A stretch of 64,000 bases of DNA from Trueperaceae bacterium (GTDB lineage Bacteria > Deinococcota > Deinococci > Deinococcales > Trueperaceae), in contig OZ243956.1 in the NCBI GenBank assembly GCA_965214405.1, forward strand, positions 1,792,001-1,856,000, in the 5' to 3' direction. Numbering within the stretch: the stretch's first letter is position 1; every line of letters starts with the position of its first letter. The position numbers and the translations under genes were made by a program. Of the stretch, positions 51,203 to 61,388 are shown piece after piece. Under the pieces are notes generated by a model, which worked only from the letters and a program-made list of their open reading frames with translations, made no database searches and had not been told where the DNA came from.

Positions 51203-51435
51203 TCATCGTCTCTCTCATCTTACTTCTCGCACCCCTCACCCCAACAAAAGAGTAGTATGAGAAGTGAGCTGTGGGGGAGCCTTTACTTTCTTCTTTTCCG
51301 CGCACATTCCTTTCCGATACCTTGTATGCTACAACCCGTGTGTAAGAAAGCGAAAGCGCACGACCGGGCACGGTGACCCTTTCATCAACGCCTTACAAAT
51401 ACGCAACAGGCGGCTTTCGCTTTAGGAGGTGCATC

Positions 51436-51756
51436 ATCGAAACATTACGTGTCTCGGGAAGTTCCCGGCCCAACTCGGTTGCGGGCGCGATTGCCGCGCT
51501 CTTAAGGAGCGAGAGCGAGGTTGAGGTTCAGGCCATCGGGCCGCAGGCGGTCAACCAGGCTGTCAAGGCAATTGCGATTGCCAGGAGTTATATCGAGGGA
51601 GACGGGTTGGACTTGTCCACGCAACCCGCGTTTGTCAAGCTGGAGCTTCAGAATGAAGAGCGCACCGCCGTGCGTTTTACCGTACGGTCCCAGGCGCTCG
51701 AGCCGGGCCACGATGAATACTACAGTGACGAGGACGATAACGAGGTTGATGATTAG
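51436..51756 (+). CDS. spoVS: SpoVS-family (Alba-fold) protein, probable ATC start
   Basis: ETLRVSG.SRPNSVAGAIA, QAIGPQAVNQAVKAIAIAR, PAF; AGGAGGT SD 5 nt before ATC. Confidence 0.93.
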   Translation: METLRVSGSSRPNSVAGAIAALLRSESEVEVQAIGPQAVNQAVKAIAIARSYIEGDGLDLSTQPAFVKLELQNEERTAVRFTVRSQALEPGHDEYYSDEDDNEVDD

Positions 51757-51985
51757 CACATGACCCACTTCTAAAGCGCGCATAAAGAAGGCGCGTTGTC
51801 CCCCCAACACCATTTCTCATAAAACCTGAGTATACTTGAGTCAGATATGAAGCTTCCGATGTAGTGTTTAGTAAACCCTTCCGCTTCGGCGTTACACTTA
51901 CAGAAGAATGTGGGCGCGGAACATCGGCACTGCCGCGCGTACGTTAAACTAAATCAACTCACCTACGGAGGTTACAGGAGTCAAT

Positions 51986-52672
51986 ATGGGAATCTACGGG
52001 TACTACTTTATCGGCATCATCGCTTTTGTCGCCAGCATGGCGATTCAGAGCTGGCTCAAGGGCACCTACAACAAGTGGATGAAAGTCCGCAACACCTCGG
52101 GGCTAACCGGGGCGGAAACGGCGCGGGCGATCCTCGAGGCCAACGGCATCCACGACGTTAAGGTCGAGGCGGTCAAAGGAATGCTCTCGGACCACTACGA
52201 CCCGCGCACCAAGACGGTGAGGCTGTCCGAAGGCAACTACGGTCACGCCAACGTGTCGGGCATGGCCGTGGCCGCGCACGAGGTCGGGCACGCCATCCAA
52301 CACGCCAAGGCCTACGCGCCCTTGAAAATCAGGACGGCTATTCTGCCGGTTGCCAACCTCGGCTCGCAGTTCGGCCCGATGCTGGCGATTTTTGGCGTGA
52401 TTATCGGGATAGCCAGTTCGGCGGGCGCGCTGATGCTCAACATCGGCATCGCCCTCTTCGCCGCCGCCGTGCTCTTTCAACTCGTCACGCTGCCCGTCGA
52501 GTTCGACGCGAGCCGCCGCGCGCTGGTGCAACTCAACAAGCTCGAGCTGGCGACCTCGGCGGATTCGGGCGGGGCGCGCAAAGTCTTGACCGCCGCCGCG
52601 ATGACCTATGTGGCCGCCGCCGCGACCTCGATTGCTTACCTTCTTTACTTCATTGGCCTGAGCCGCGACTAA
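51986..52672 (+). CDS. Membrane zinc metallopeptidase (YugP/Zn_peptidase_2)
   Basis: LSDHYDP, AAHEVGHAIQ, TLPVEFDASRRA, AAAMTYVA. Confidence 0.95.
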   Translation: MGIYGYYFIGIIAFVASMAIQSWLKGTYNKWMKVRNTSGLTGAETARAILEANGIHDVKVEAVKGMLSDHYDPRTKTVRLSEGNYGHANVSGMAVAAHEVGHAIQHAKAYAPLKIRTAILPVANLGSQFGPMLAIFGVIIGIASSAGALMLNIGIALFAAAVLFQLVTLPVEFDASRRALVQLNKLELATSADSGGARKVLTAAAMTYVAAAATSIAYLLYFIGLSRD

Positions 52673-52685
52673 CGCTCGAGACGCC

Positions 52686-53933
52686 ATCAGCCAGGCCCGA
52701 AAAACTGCTCTAGACGTTCTGCGCCGCGTTCACCGCGGCGCTTTTTCTGCTCCGGCACTGAGTGGCGCGTTAAACCGGAGCGACCTAACGGGACAAGACC
52801 GCGCCTTTGTCACCGACCTCATATACGGCGCGCTGCGCTACGAAATCCTTTTAGACGCCTGCTTGCGCCCCCTCCTAAAACGCCCCGACAAACTCCCCCC
52901 GGAGGTTCTGGACACGCTCCGGCTGGGCGCATATGACGTTCTCCTACGCGGCACGCCCCGCCACGCCGCGGTTCACGAGTGGGTGGAGGTGGTCAAGGGA
53001 ACGCATAAGAAGCTCGCCGGACTCGCCAACGCGGTGCTGCGGCGGGTGGTGGTGCCTGACGCCCTCAGCGAAGCCGAGCGATTGAGCTTGCCGGAATGGC
53101 TTTTGAAGGAGTGGCGGGGGCTTTTTGGGGAAGCCAGGGCCGCCGAGGTCGGCGCGGCGCTCAACGAACCCGAACCGCTCTGGCTGCTCTCGTACCACCC
53201 GCAGGCGTCGCATAGCCTCTTAGGAGAGGGCTGCGAGGTGCGGCTGGGGCCTATACAGGACACGCTGGCGGTGCGGCCCGCCAAGCCGCTGGGAGAGTTG
53301 GAAGCGTTCAAGCGCGGTTGGGTGCAACCGCAGAACCCGGCTTCGACGCTGCCGGTAAGACTGCTGGAGCCCGAGCCGGGCGAGCGCGTCCTCGACCTAG
53401 CCAGCGGGAGCGGCGTCAAGGCGGCGCAACTCGCGGCGGCGGGCGCGCGGCCCCTGAGTATCGAGCTGTACGGGGAAAAGTTAGAACGCGCCGCGCGTAA
53501 CCTAGAGCGGCTAAACCTCACCGCTGAGGGCATGATTCACGACCTCACCACGCTGCCGGACGTGCCCCCCGCCGCCAAAGTTCTCCTCGACGCGCCCTGC
53601 ACGGGCACGGGCACGCTGCGCGGCAACCCGGAGATTCGGGCACGCGTCCTTCCTGAAACCGTCGGGGCGCTCTCAACGCTCCAGCGGTCGCTGCTGGACA
53701 CCGCTGCCGCGCTCACCGCGCCGGGGGGCACGCTCCTTTACGCAGTCTGCGCGCTCACCCACGCCGAGGGCGTGGGGATGATGCGCTGGTTTTTGGAGGC
53801 GCACCCGGACTTTGAGGCGGAACCTTTTTTGCTCGAGCTGCCCGCCGCCAACACGCCCGAGGGTTCATACGTGTTGCCGCTGGATGGCTTAGACGGATTT
53901 TTTATCGCCAGGTTGCAAAGGGCGAGTGACTAG
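52686..53933 (+). CDS. rsmB: RsmB/NOP2-family RNA m5C methyltransferase with N-terminal NusB-like domain, probable ATC start
   Basis: Frame is open from 52662; ISQARKTALDVLRRV..DRAFVTDLIYGALR precedes the track ORF; LDAPCTGTG, YAVC motifs. Confidence 0.88.
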   Translation: MSQARKTALDVLRRVHRGAFSAPALSGALNRSDLTGQDRAFVTDLIYGALRYEILLDACLRPLLKRPDKLPPEVLDTLRLGAYDVLLRGTPRHAAVHEWVEVVKGTHKKLAGLANAVLRRVVVPDALSEAERLSLPEWLLKEWRGLFGEARAAEVGAALNEPEPLWLLSYHPQASHSLLGEGCEVRLGPIQDTLAVRPAKPLGELEAFKRGWVQPQNPASTLPVRLLEPEPGERVLDLASGSGVKAAQLAAAGARPLSIELYGEKLERAARNLERLNLTAEGMIHDLTTLPDVPPAAKVLLDAPCTGTGTLRGNPEIRARVLPETVGALSTLQRSLLDTAAALTAPGGTLLYAVCALTHAEGVGMMRWFLEAHPDFEAEPFLLELPAANTPEGSYVLPLDGLDGFFIARLQRASD

Positions 53934-53960
53934 TGATTAGATCGCTGCTAAGCTGAGGTT

Positions 53961-54851
53961 ATGGCGGATTTACAAGAGTTGAGCAGTAACATCTACTACC
54001 TTCCCGGCGGCGTCAACGCGGCGGTGGTGGTCAATGATGACAAAGAAGCTTTGTTAGTCGACACGGGCGGCGATAAAGACCACGGACGGCGCATTAAAAA
54101 GGCCTGTGACGCGCTCCTTGTCAAACCCGTCGCCATTCTCAATACGCATTCGCACGCGGACCACTACGGCGGCAACGAGTATTTGGTGAGAAACTTCGGG
54201 CTGCCCGTGTACGCGCCGCCCTTCGAGGCGAGCATCATGCGGAGCCCGCTGCTCGAGCCCGTCTACCTCTTTAACGGCGCGCAGCCTCCCCAAGAGATGC
54301 TGTCTAAATGGCTGCTCGCCAAGCCGTCGCCGGTGGACGCGCTGCTGAGTCCGGGGCGGCTCGAGCTTTACGGCCTCACCCTGGAGATTTTTGACACCTC
54401 CGGCCACGCGCATACCCATTATTCGGTGGGTGTGGGCGACATGTTGCTGGCGGCGGACGCGGTTTTTGGCGAGAGCGTGCTGGACAAGTACCCGCTACCT
54501 TTCGGGCAGAATATCGGGCGGCAGAGGGAGAGCGCGGCGCGGGTGGGAGACCTGGGGGCAAGGGTTGCCCTACCCGGTCACGGCGACCCCACCGAGGATG
54601 TGGCGGGACTTGTCGAGGCTAACCTAGCCGCGTTTGAACGAGCCGCGAACGCCGTTGCCGAGGCTGCAACGGGTGTAGACACAGCCACGGTGCTCACCCA
54701 AACGTGCGACGCGCTGGGCGTCGTCATGACCGACCTGCCGCGCTACACCCTCAACCTCTGCACAGTCATGGCTTACTTGAGCCGTCTGCGCGAACAGGGA
54801 CGGGTCACGCTCACCCTGGAGCACAACGCGCTGCGCTGGTCTCAGGCATGA
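53961..54851 (+). CDS. MBL-fold metallo-hydrolase
   Basis: VDTG, THSHADHYGG, GH, AD, PGHG. Confidence 0.93.
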   Translation: MADLQELSSNIYYLPGGVNAAVVVNDDKEALLVDTGGDKDHGRRIKKACDALLVKPVAILNTHSHADHYGGNEYLVRNFGLPVYAPPFEASIMRSPLLEPVYLFNGAQPPQEMLSKWLLAKPSPVDALLSPGRLELYGLTLEIFDTSGHAHTHYSVGVGDMLLAADAVFGESVLDKYPLPFGQNIGRQRESAARVGDLGARVALPGHGDPTEDVAGLVEANLAAFERAANAVAEAATGVDTATVLTQTCDALGVVMTDLPRYTLNLCTVMAYLSRLREQGRVTLTLEHNALRWSQA

Positions 54852-54963
54852 ATCTCGAGTGTGAAATTTGATACATCCCATAGAGGTTTTTGGATGAATT
54901 TGGGCGCGTCTCACTGTTTTTTGGCTCCTTCATTCCTAAAGTGGGGTTGAAAAGGGGTAGATT

Positions 54964-55458
54964 ATGAAACTTACATCTTTACAAGACGTTTTCGAAGAAC
55001 AGCTTAAAGACCTCTACAGCGCTGAGGACCAACTCTCCCAGGCGCTACCCAAGATGGCTGAGGCGGCCTCCTCGCAAGAACTCAAGAGCGCTTTTCAGCA
55101 GCACTTGCAGGAAACAAAGAACCAACGCGACCGTTTGGAGCAAATCGGTCAAATGGCGAGCATCAACCTCCGCGGTGTCAAGTGCAAGGCAATGGAGGGG
55201 CTTATCAAAGAGGCGCAGGATTTGCTTTCCGAGAATGAGCCCAGTGACGCTCTAGACGTCGCGCTCATCGCGTCCGCGCAGCGCATCGAGCATTATGAGA
55301 TTGCGGGTTACGGCTCCACGCGGACCTACGCGAAGCGTCTGGGTCACTCCGACGCCGAAAAGCTCCTTCAAGAGACGCTCGATGAAGAGGGCGCGACTGA
55401 CAAGAAGCTTACGCAAATTGCGGAGAGCACGGTGAATAAAGAGGCGATGGTTAGCTAG
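54964..55458 (+). CDS. YciE/YciF (DUF892) ferritin-like stress protein
   Basis: LKDLYSAE.Q, HLQET..Q, CKAMEGL, AQRIEHYEIAGYG, TLDEE..TDKKL. Confidence 0.95.
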   Translation: MKLTSLQDVFEEQLKDLYSAEDQLSQALPKMAEAASSQELKSAFQQHLQETKNQRDRLEQIGQMASINLRGVKCKAMEGLIKEAQDLLSENEPSDALDVALIASAQRIEHYEIAGYGSTRTYAKRLGHSDAEKLLQETLDEEGATDKKLTQIAESTVNKEAMVS

Positions 55459-55495
55459 CTTCAACTCAGTCAAAGCTTTAACGACGAAGTCCGGC

Positions 55496-56062
55496 TCAGG
55501 TCGGGCTTTTTCTCTGGAATTCAGCATTGAATTGAGAAGCAGGGTTTTCGGGGGAGAGTGTGAGTGCGCACTCGAGCTCCTCCAAAACCTCCCCAAACAG
55601 CTCGCCCCGGATGCGCCTCGTCTCACGAAAACCCAGGTGCTCGTAAAAACCGCGCGCCTTGTGATTGTCTGCGGCCACGGTAAGGCGCACGTCCCGAAGG
55701 CTGCGCGCGCGAAACCAGCTCTCGGCCCCCTCCCACAGACGCCGCCCGTATCCCCTACCCTGCGCCTCGGGTAATAGGTAAATCGCGTTCAGATACCCCA
55801 CCTTGCCGCGCTCCCTAAGCCGCACGTAGCCGAGCACCCGCCCGGCCACCTCGAGCACCCACAGCCCGCCCTCTTCGCATGTGCGCTCGAGCGACCCTTC
55901 GCTATACGCCTGCTTCAAGAACGCGTCGATGGCACCCTCGCTTAAGATAGTGCGGTAGGTGTCATGCCAGGCCGCGCGCGCCACCGCCTGCACCGCCGGT
56001 AAGTCCGCGCATGTGGCTTCGCGGAAGAGGGGCTCGAGGCTTCGCTGAAGTGATTGCGTCAT
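55496..56062 (-). CDS. GNAT-family N-acetyltransferase
   Basis: AW.DTY, IYLLPEAQGRGYG, N.KA..FYE.LGF. Confidence 0.92.
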   Translation of the reverse strand: MTQSLQRSLEPLFREATCADLPAVQAVARAAWHDTYRTILSEGAIDAFLKQAYSEGSLERTCEEGGLWVLEVAGRVLGYVRLRERGKVGYLNAIYLLPEAQGRGYGRRLWEGAESWFRARSLRDVRLTVAADNHKARGFYEHLGFRETRRIRGELFGEVLEELECALTLSPENPASQFNAEFQRKSPT

Positions 56063-56125
56063 ACGTCACTTTATCTTACGAGTGCGACTCGAGCACGTCT
56101 AAAATTCGGCGAGCAGAAGCCTTAT

Positions 56126-56749
56126 CTAACCCACCCGCAGTTCGTCTTCAGGACTCCCGTTAAGACTCGCAACCATAGCCTCCGCGACCTCACCGGGTGA
56201 GAGTGCGTCTTTGGGCGGCTTGCCGACGCCCTCCCAAAAAGCGGTATCCACCGCCTTGGGCAGCACCAGGGTGAGGGCGGCCTTGCGCTTTAGCTCGAGC
56301 GCCGCCACCCTAACGAGCGCCGCCGTCGCCGCCTTGCTCGCCGCGTAAGCGCCCAGCCCGCGCGTGGTGACGAGTTCGGGCCGCGCACCCAAGACGAAAA
56401 CGCGCGCACCGTCCTCAAACTTGTCCGCGGCGTACTTGAGGGTGTAAAAGAGCCCCGTCAGGTTGGCGTCTACGACCCTCCGCCAGCTCTCCCCCGTCGT
56501 CGCGCTTAGGGGTCCGGGATCGATAGCGCCCGCCGCGTAAACGAGGAGGTCGAGAGGCGGCAGCGACGCGAACAGCGCCTCCACCTCGAGCTCGCTCGAG
56601 ACGTCTGTGGGCACGACCGCCCCGCGTCCCTTGAGCGCGCGAAGCTTGGGTCCGTCGCGGCCCACGAGGGTCATGGTGTAACTCTCTAGGCGTTCGCTAA
56701 GCGCCGAGCCGATGCCCCCGGTTGCGCCGATGATAAGAGCGTGTTTCAT
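56126..56749 (-). CDS. SDR-family oxidoreductase
   Basis: IGATGGIG, YAAG, ANL, YAASK. Confidence 0.92.
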   Translation of the reverse strand: MKHALIIGATGGIGSALSERLESYTMTLVGRDGPKLRALKGRGAVVPTDVSSELEVEALFASLPPLDLLVYAAGAIDPGPLSATTGESWRRVVDANLTGLFYTLKYAADKFEDGARVFVLGARPELVTTRGLGAYAASKAATAALVRVAALELKRKAALTLVLPKAVDTAFWEGVGKPPKDALSPGEVAEAMVASLNGSPEDELRVG

Positions 56750-56858
56750 GGGGCAAGGTAACGCGCGCTTCCGATTTCTGCCGTAGTGCAGCTTGAATTT
56801 AAGTAGTTAGTGGTTGGTGATTAGTAGTTAGTTGTGAGCAAATAGGTATGCTTATGAG

Positions 56859-57770
56859 GTGACTGATGTTGACAGGCTCCGGGCGCGGCTGAGGGAAGCT
56901 CGAGCCGCCCACGCCACGCCCTACGCTGAGATTGTCCGGGAGGCCGAACATCATCCCGAATTGTTTGCCGAGGTGGCGGGCGCGTTTTGGGAGGCGGGGA
57001 GGCTGCGTGAGGCGCTGTTGTGGCTCGAGCGGGCACTTTTCAGGGCTTCAGCCGACGAACACGCACGCTTGCTCGTGCGTGTGGGAGCGGCGCGTATCCG
57101 GCTGGGCGAGCTTAGGGAGGCGGTGGACACGCTGGGAGCTTTCGAACCTGACGACGCCTACGGCGCGTTGCAACTCGGCAACGCGCTACGCTACTTGGGC
57201 AGGTACGAGGAGGCTCAAGGATATCTCGAGCGCGCCTGGGCGCGTGCCAAGGCCACCGGCGACGGCGCGCTCGCCGCGGCGGTTCTGTGTGCTCAGGGCG
57301 AGGGGGTGCTGGACCAGGGTAAGGGGCAGGCGGCAGCGGAGCTTTTTGGCCGGGCGTTGGGGTTAACCGAGTTCTCGAGCGACGAACGTCTCACCGTCTC
57401 GCCTCTGGCAGGTTTGGGCCACGCTCACGCGGTCTGGGGCTATCCGGCCAAGGGGCAGGAGGTAGCGCGGCGGGCCTTGGAACGCGCAGAGCGCGCGAAC
57501 GACGCCGTGGGCGCGGCTCGAGCCCTCCTCGCCCTGGGTGTGGCGAGTGAGGACGCCGCTGTGTTAGAACGCGCTGAACGAGAAGCGCAGGCCGCGCCCC
57601 ACGCGCCGCTCCGGCTGCGGGCGTGGGTGGCGAGGCTCGAGCTTCGGCCCAACAAAGAGGTAGAAGACGCTCTGGCATTTGCGAAAGAACTCGAGATGAG
57701 TTCAGATGTGGCGAGGCTCGAGCGTATCAAGACAAATTACGAACTCAACAAGAAGGCTACTCATGTCTGA
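56859..57770 (+). CDS. Tetratricopeptide-repeat protein
   Basis: Repeated TPR-like helices (LGNALRYLGRYEEA..YLERA). Confidence 0.8.
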   Translation: MTDVDRLRARLREARAAHATPYAEIVREAEHHPELFAEVAGAFWEAGRLREALLWLERALFRASADEHARLLVRVGAARIRLGELREAVDTLGAFEPDDAYGALQLGNALRYLGRYEEAQGYLERAWARAKATGDGALAAAVLCAQGEGVLDQGKGQAAAELFGRALGLTEFSSDERLTVSPLAGLGHAHAVWGYPAKGQEVARRALERAERANDAVGAARALLALGVASEDAAVLERAEREAQAAPHAPLRLRAWVARLELRPNKEVEDALAFAKELEMSSDVARLERIKTNYELNKKATHV

Positions 57771-58332
57771 ACCTAAAATCGTCACTCCCAAGGTCATCGC
57801 CGTTTTTGGCGCGTCTACAGCGGAACCGGGCAGCCTCGAGTGGCGGGAGGCTGAGACCCTGGGAGCCGCGCTCGCTGAGGCTGGCTTCGCGCTGGCGACG
57901 GGCGGTTACGGTGGCCTTATGGAGGCGGTGAGCAAAGGTTACGCGGAGGCCGGGGGTAAGCATGACGTCATCGGGGTGAGCGCGCCCAGGGTGTTTCCCA
58001 AACGCGCGGGGATTAATTCGTACGTGGCTCGAGAGGTTGCGGCGGAGAGTCTGGTGGAGCGCATTCACCAAATTACCGACCTCTCAGCGGCGGCGGTCGC
58101 GCTACCTGGCGCGATTGGCACGCTGACCGAAATCATGGTGGCCTGGAACTTAGCCGTGGTCGCGCCTTTTTCGGATACGGTTCCAAAACCGCTTCTCACC
58201 GTCGGTGAACGTTGGAAGCGCGTCGTGAACTTTCTTGCGGAAGAACTTCACATCCCGCTCGAGAGTGTTTATAGGGTGGCGGGCTCGAGCGCCGTCGTTC
58301 CCCTGCTCCACACGCTTTTGCGCGCCCCCTAA
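57763..58332 (+). CDS. LOG/SLOG-family protein
   Basis: VFGAS, TGGYGGLMEAVS, ER, PGAIGTLTE. Confidence 0.9.
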   Translation: MSEPKIVTPKVIAVFGASTAEPGSLEWREAETLGAALAEAGFALATGGYGGLMEAVSKGYAEAGGKHDVIGVSAPRVFPKRAGINSYVAREVAAESLVERIHQITDLSAAAVALPGAIGTLTEIMVAWNLAVVAPFSDTVPKPLLTVGERWKRVVNFLAEELHIPLESVYRVAGSSAVVPLLHTLLRAP

Positions 58333-58420
58333 AACCTCTACTCCCCATCCCCCGACATCCTCCCGCCTCCCGTCAGCCACCTTACGGTGGAGGAGCCCCT
58401 TTTGCAGTTTACTTAGGACT

Positions 58421-60811
58421 ATGGATTGGGAACTGCCAGTAATCGCACTCCGAACGCAAGTCGTGCTGCCCCGGACACTTGAAAACGTGGACGTGGGTCG
58501 CCCGAAATCGAAACGTGCGCTTGAAGAAGCGCAGGCCGCGGACAACCGCGTGCTCCTCCTCACTCAGCGCGAACCCCGCATTGACGACCCCACCGGCGAA
58601 GACTTATACGATGTCGGGACCTTGGGCGTCGTTAAGCAAGTCATCCGTCTGCCCGACGATACGCTGCAAGTGCTTGTCGAGGGCCGTGAGCGGGCGCAAG
58701 TCACCTCGTATGTGCCCGGCGGCTCTTTACGCGCGAACGTCCGCACGCTGCCCGAGACGAACGCGGGCGAGAGTGAGCGCACCAAGGCACTGCTCGAGCA
58801 GACCAAAACCGCTTTCGCCCAGTACACCCAGCAGAACAAAAATCTGCGCTTGGATTCGTTTCACCTAGAGAACCTGCGCGGCCTCAAAGACGCGGGCGCG
58901 TTGGCCGACATGGTCGCCAAATACAGCACCTGGTCGGTTGAGGACAAGCAAGCCGCCCTGGAAGAAACGGACGCGGTCAAGCGTTTGGAACTCGCCTACG
59001 GCTTCTTGTCACGCGACTTGGAGCGCTTCGACACAGAGAAGCAAATCTCGGCTCGAGTCAAGCAGCAGATGGACTCGAACCAGCGCGAATACTACCTGCG
59101 CGAGCAGATGAAGGCCATCCAAAAAGAGTTGGGCGGCGAAGAAGGTGTGGCCGAAACCGAAGAGCTGCGCAACAAGGTCGACGAAAAGAATATGCCCGAA
59201 GAGGCCAAGAAGCGCGCGCTCAAAGAGATTGACCGTCTGGAAAAAATGCCCGGCGGCTCACCCGAGGCGACCGTAGTTCGTACTTACCTCGACGTCATGC
59301 TAGAACTTCCCTGGTCCGAGATGGATGAGGAGCATCTGGACGTCGCACACACCGAGACGATTCTCGATGAGGACCACTACGCGTTGGAAGAACCCAAAGA
59401 GCGAATTTTGGAGTTCTTAGCGGTGCGTCAGCTCACCAAAGACATCGAAGGCGCAGACTACAAAGCCCCCATCCTCTGCCTCGTCGGCCCGCCCGGCGTC
59501 GGTAAGACGAGCTTGGGCAAGTCCATTGCGAGAAGCCTCAACCGCGAGTTTGTCCGCATGAGCCTGGGCGGCGTTCGTGACGAGGCCGAAATCCGCGGTC
59601 ACCGTCGCACCTACATCGGTTCTCTGCCGGGTCGCATTATTCAGGGGATGCGCACCGCGGGCAAGGTCAATCCAGTGTTCTTGCTCGACGAAATCGACAA
59701 GATGACCGCCGACTTTCGCGGCGACCCTTCCTCGGCGCTTCTAGAAGTTCTGGACCCCGAGCAGAACAATACCTTTGCGGACCATTACCTGGAAGTCCCT
59801 TACGACCTCTCCAAGGTGATGTTCATTACAACCGCCAACACGCTCCAGACGATTCCGCGGCCCCTCTTGGACCGCATGGAAGTCATCCAGATTTCGGGCT
59901 ACACGCTGGACGAGAAGGTCGAAATCGCCAAGCGTTACCGCCTGCCGCGCCAGCTCAAGGACCACGGGCTCAAGGATAAGCTCAAAGTTTCTGACGAGGC
60001 GCTGCGTAAGATTATCACCGAGTACACCCGCGAGGCGGGCGTGCGTAACCTAGACCGCACCATCGCCAAGCTCGCGCGCAAGTCGGCCAAGGAATACCTC
60101 GACACGCCTTGGGAGGGCGTGCGTACGCTGGACGAGCGCGCGATTCGTGACCTCTTGGGTGTGCCCCCGTTCCGCGACGACAAAGCCGAGAAGGAGCCGC
60201 AGGTGGGTCTCTCGCACGGCCTCGCGTGGACCTCGATTGGCGGCGTTACGCTCGATATCGAAGCGGTGGCGGTGCCCGGTAAGGGCAAACTCTCGCTCAC
60301 GGGTCAGTTGGGCGACGTGATGAAGGAGTCCGCGCAGGCGGGGATTGCCTACTTGCGTAAGCACAGCGCGCACTTCAATATTCCCGAAGACTTTTACGAG
60401 AACCGCGACCTGCATATTCACGTGCTCGAGGGTGCCACCCCCAAAGACGGCCCCTCGGCGGGCATCGCAATGGCGACCGCGGTGGTCTCGGCCCTCACAG
60501 GCCGCCCGGTCCGCGGCGACATCGCCATGACGGGCGAGATTACCCTGCGCGGGCGCGTCTTACCCATCGGCGGAGTAAAAGAGAAGCTTCTGGCGGCGCA
60601 CCAGGCGGGCATCCAGCACGTCATCATCCCCGACGCCAACGAGGCCAATCTGGAGGACGTGCCCGACGCCATCATGGACGAACTTACCGTCACGACGGTC
60701 AAGAACTTTACCGAGGTCTTGAACATCATGTTGGAGGAAGCCGCGGCGAGCGACTTTGTGCCGCCCCCCAGCGACGACGTGACCGGCGCTTCACCGTCCG
60801 CGCAAGCCTAA
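58421..60811 (+). CDS. lon: ATP-dependent Lon protease
   Basis: [39 protein letters not shown]; start at MDWELP. Confidence 0.98.
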   Translation: MDWELPVIALRTQVVLPRTLENVDVGRPKSKRALEEAQAADNRVLLLTQREPRIDDPTGEDLYDVGTLGVVKQVIRLPDDTLQVLVEGRERAQVTSYVPGGSLRANVRTLPETNAGESERTKALLEQTKTAFAQYTQQNKNLRLDSFHLENLRGLKDAGALADMVAKYSTWSVEDKQAALEETDAVKRLELAYGFLSRDLERFDTEKQISARVKQQMDSNQREYYLREQMKAIQKELGGEEGVAETEELRNKVDEKNMPEEAKKRALKEIDRLEKMPGGSPEATVVRTYLDVMLELPWSEMDEEHLDVAHTETILDEDHYALEEPKERILEFLAVRQLTKDIEGADYKAPILCLVGPPGVGKTSLGKSIARSLNREFVRMSLGGVRDEAEIRGHRRTYIGSLPGRIIQGMRTAGKVNPVFLLDEIDKMTADFRGDPSSALLEVLDPEQNNTFADHYLEVPYDLSKVMFITTANTLQTIPRPLLDRMEVIQISGYTLDEKVEIAKRYRLPRQLKDHGLKDKLKVSDEALRKIITEYTREAGVRNLDRTIAKLARKSAKEYLDTPWEGVRTLDERAIRDLLGVPPFRDDKAEKEPQVGLSHGLAWTSIGGVTLDIEAVAVPGKGKLSLTGQLGDVMKESAQAGIAYLRKHSAHFNIPEDFYENRDLHIHVLEGATPKDGPSAGIAMATAVVSALTGRPVRGDIAMTGEITLRGRVLPIGGVKEKLLAAHQAGIQHVIIPDANEANLEDVPDAIMDELTVTTVKNFTEVLNIMLEEAAASDFVPPPSDDVTGASPSAQA

Positions 60812-60838
60812 ACCTCACGAGCATTAGAGCTATGAAAA

Positions 60839-60868
60839 ACCCCCGGCCTTTCCGCCGGGGGTCTTGTT
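60839..60868 (+). terminator. Intrinsic terminator after lon
   Basis: ACCCCCGGC-ctttcc-GCCGGGGGT-CTTGTT. Confidence 0.75.
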
Positions 60869-60878
60869 ATGGTGAGGC

Positions 60879-61388
60879 ATGAAACGCCTCTTCCCTTTCG
60901 CGCTTTTGCTCCTCGTTACCGCCTGTTCGTTTGCGCCCATACGCATCAACATCCAAGACGTTGTTTTGCCCGCGCAGAGCAGCGGCGGGGATGTGTGTTA
61001 CGTCAGGAGCGACGAAAGTGCGCCCGCGAACTTTCGCCGCGCCACTTATAAGGCAGACGCGGTTTACGAAGCGGACGCGCTTATCGGTTCCCCCGGCCCC
61101 GTCACCTTCCGCGTGTACGGTCGCGTCGTCGCGCCCGTGGGCGAAGAAGGCAGCGACACCTTTTGCACGACGGCGGACGCGGGCGACACGGTGCTGTCGG
61201 ACGCGATCACGCTCGAGCCCAACGAGTCAAAACCCATCGAAATCGGCGGGCGCGACTACGGCGGCGAGTTGGCCGACCTTGTTGCCAATCCCAGTTATTA
61301 CTTGGGGGCAGCGTTGGGGGGCGGCAGCGTGCTTAACAGCGGCGAAACGATTACGCTAACAAACGGCGTGGTGAGCGTAAGCTTCTAA
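60879..61388 (+). CDS. Hypothetical lipoprotein
   Basis: MKR + hydrophobic stretch + lipobox LVTA|C. Confidence 0.8.
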   Translation: MKRLFPFALLLLVTACSFAPIRINIQDVVLPAQSSGGDVCYVRSDESAPANFRRATYKADAVYEADALIGSPGPVTFRVYGRVVAPVGEEGSDTFCTTADAGDTVLSDAITLEPNESKPIEIGGRDYGGELADLVANPSYYLGAALGGGSVLNSGETITLTNGVVSVSF

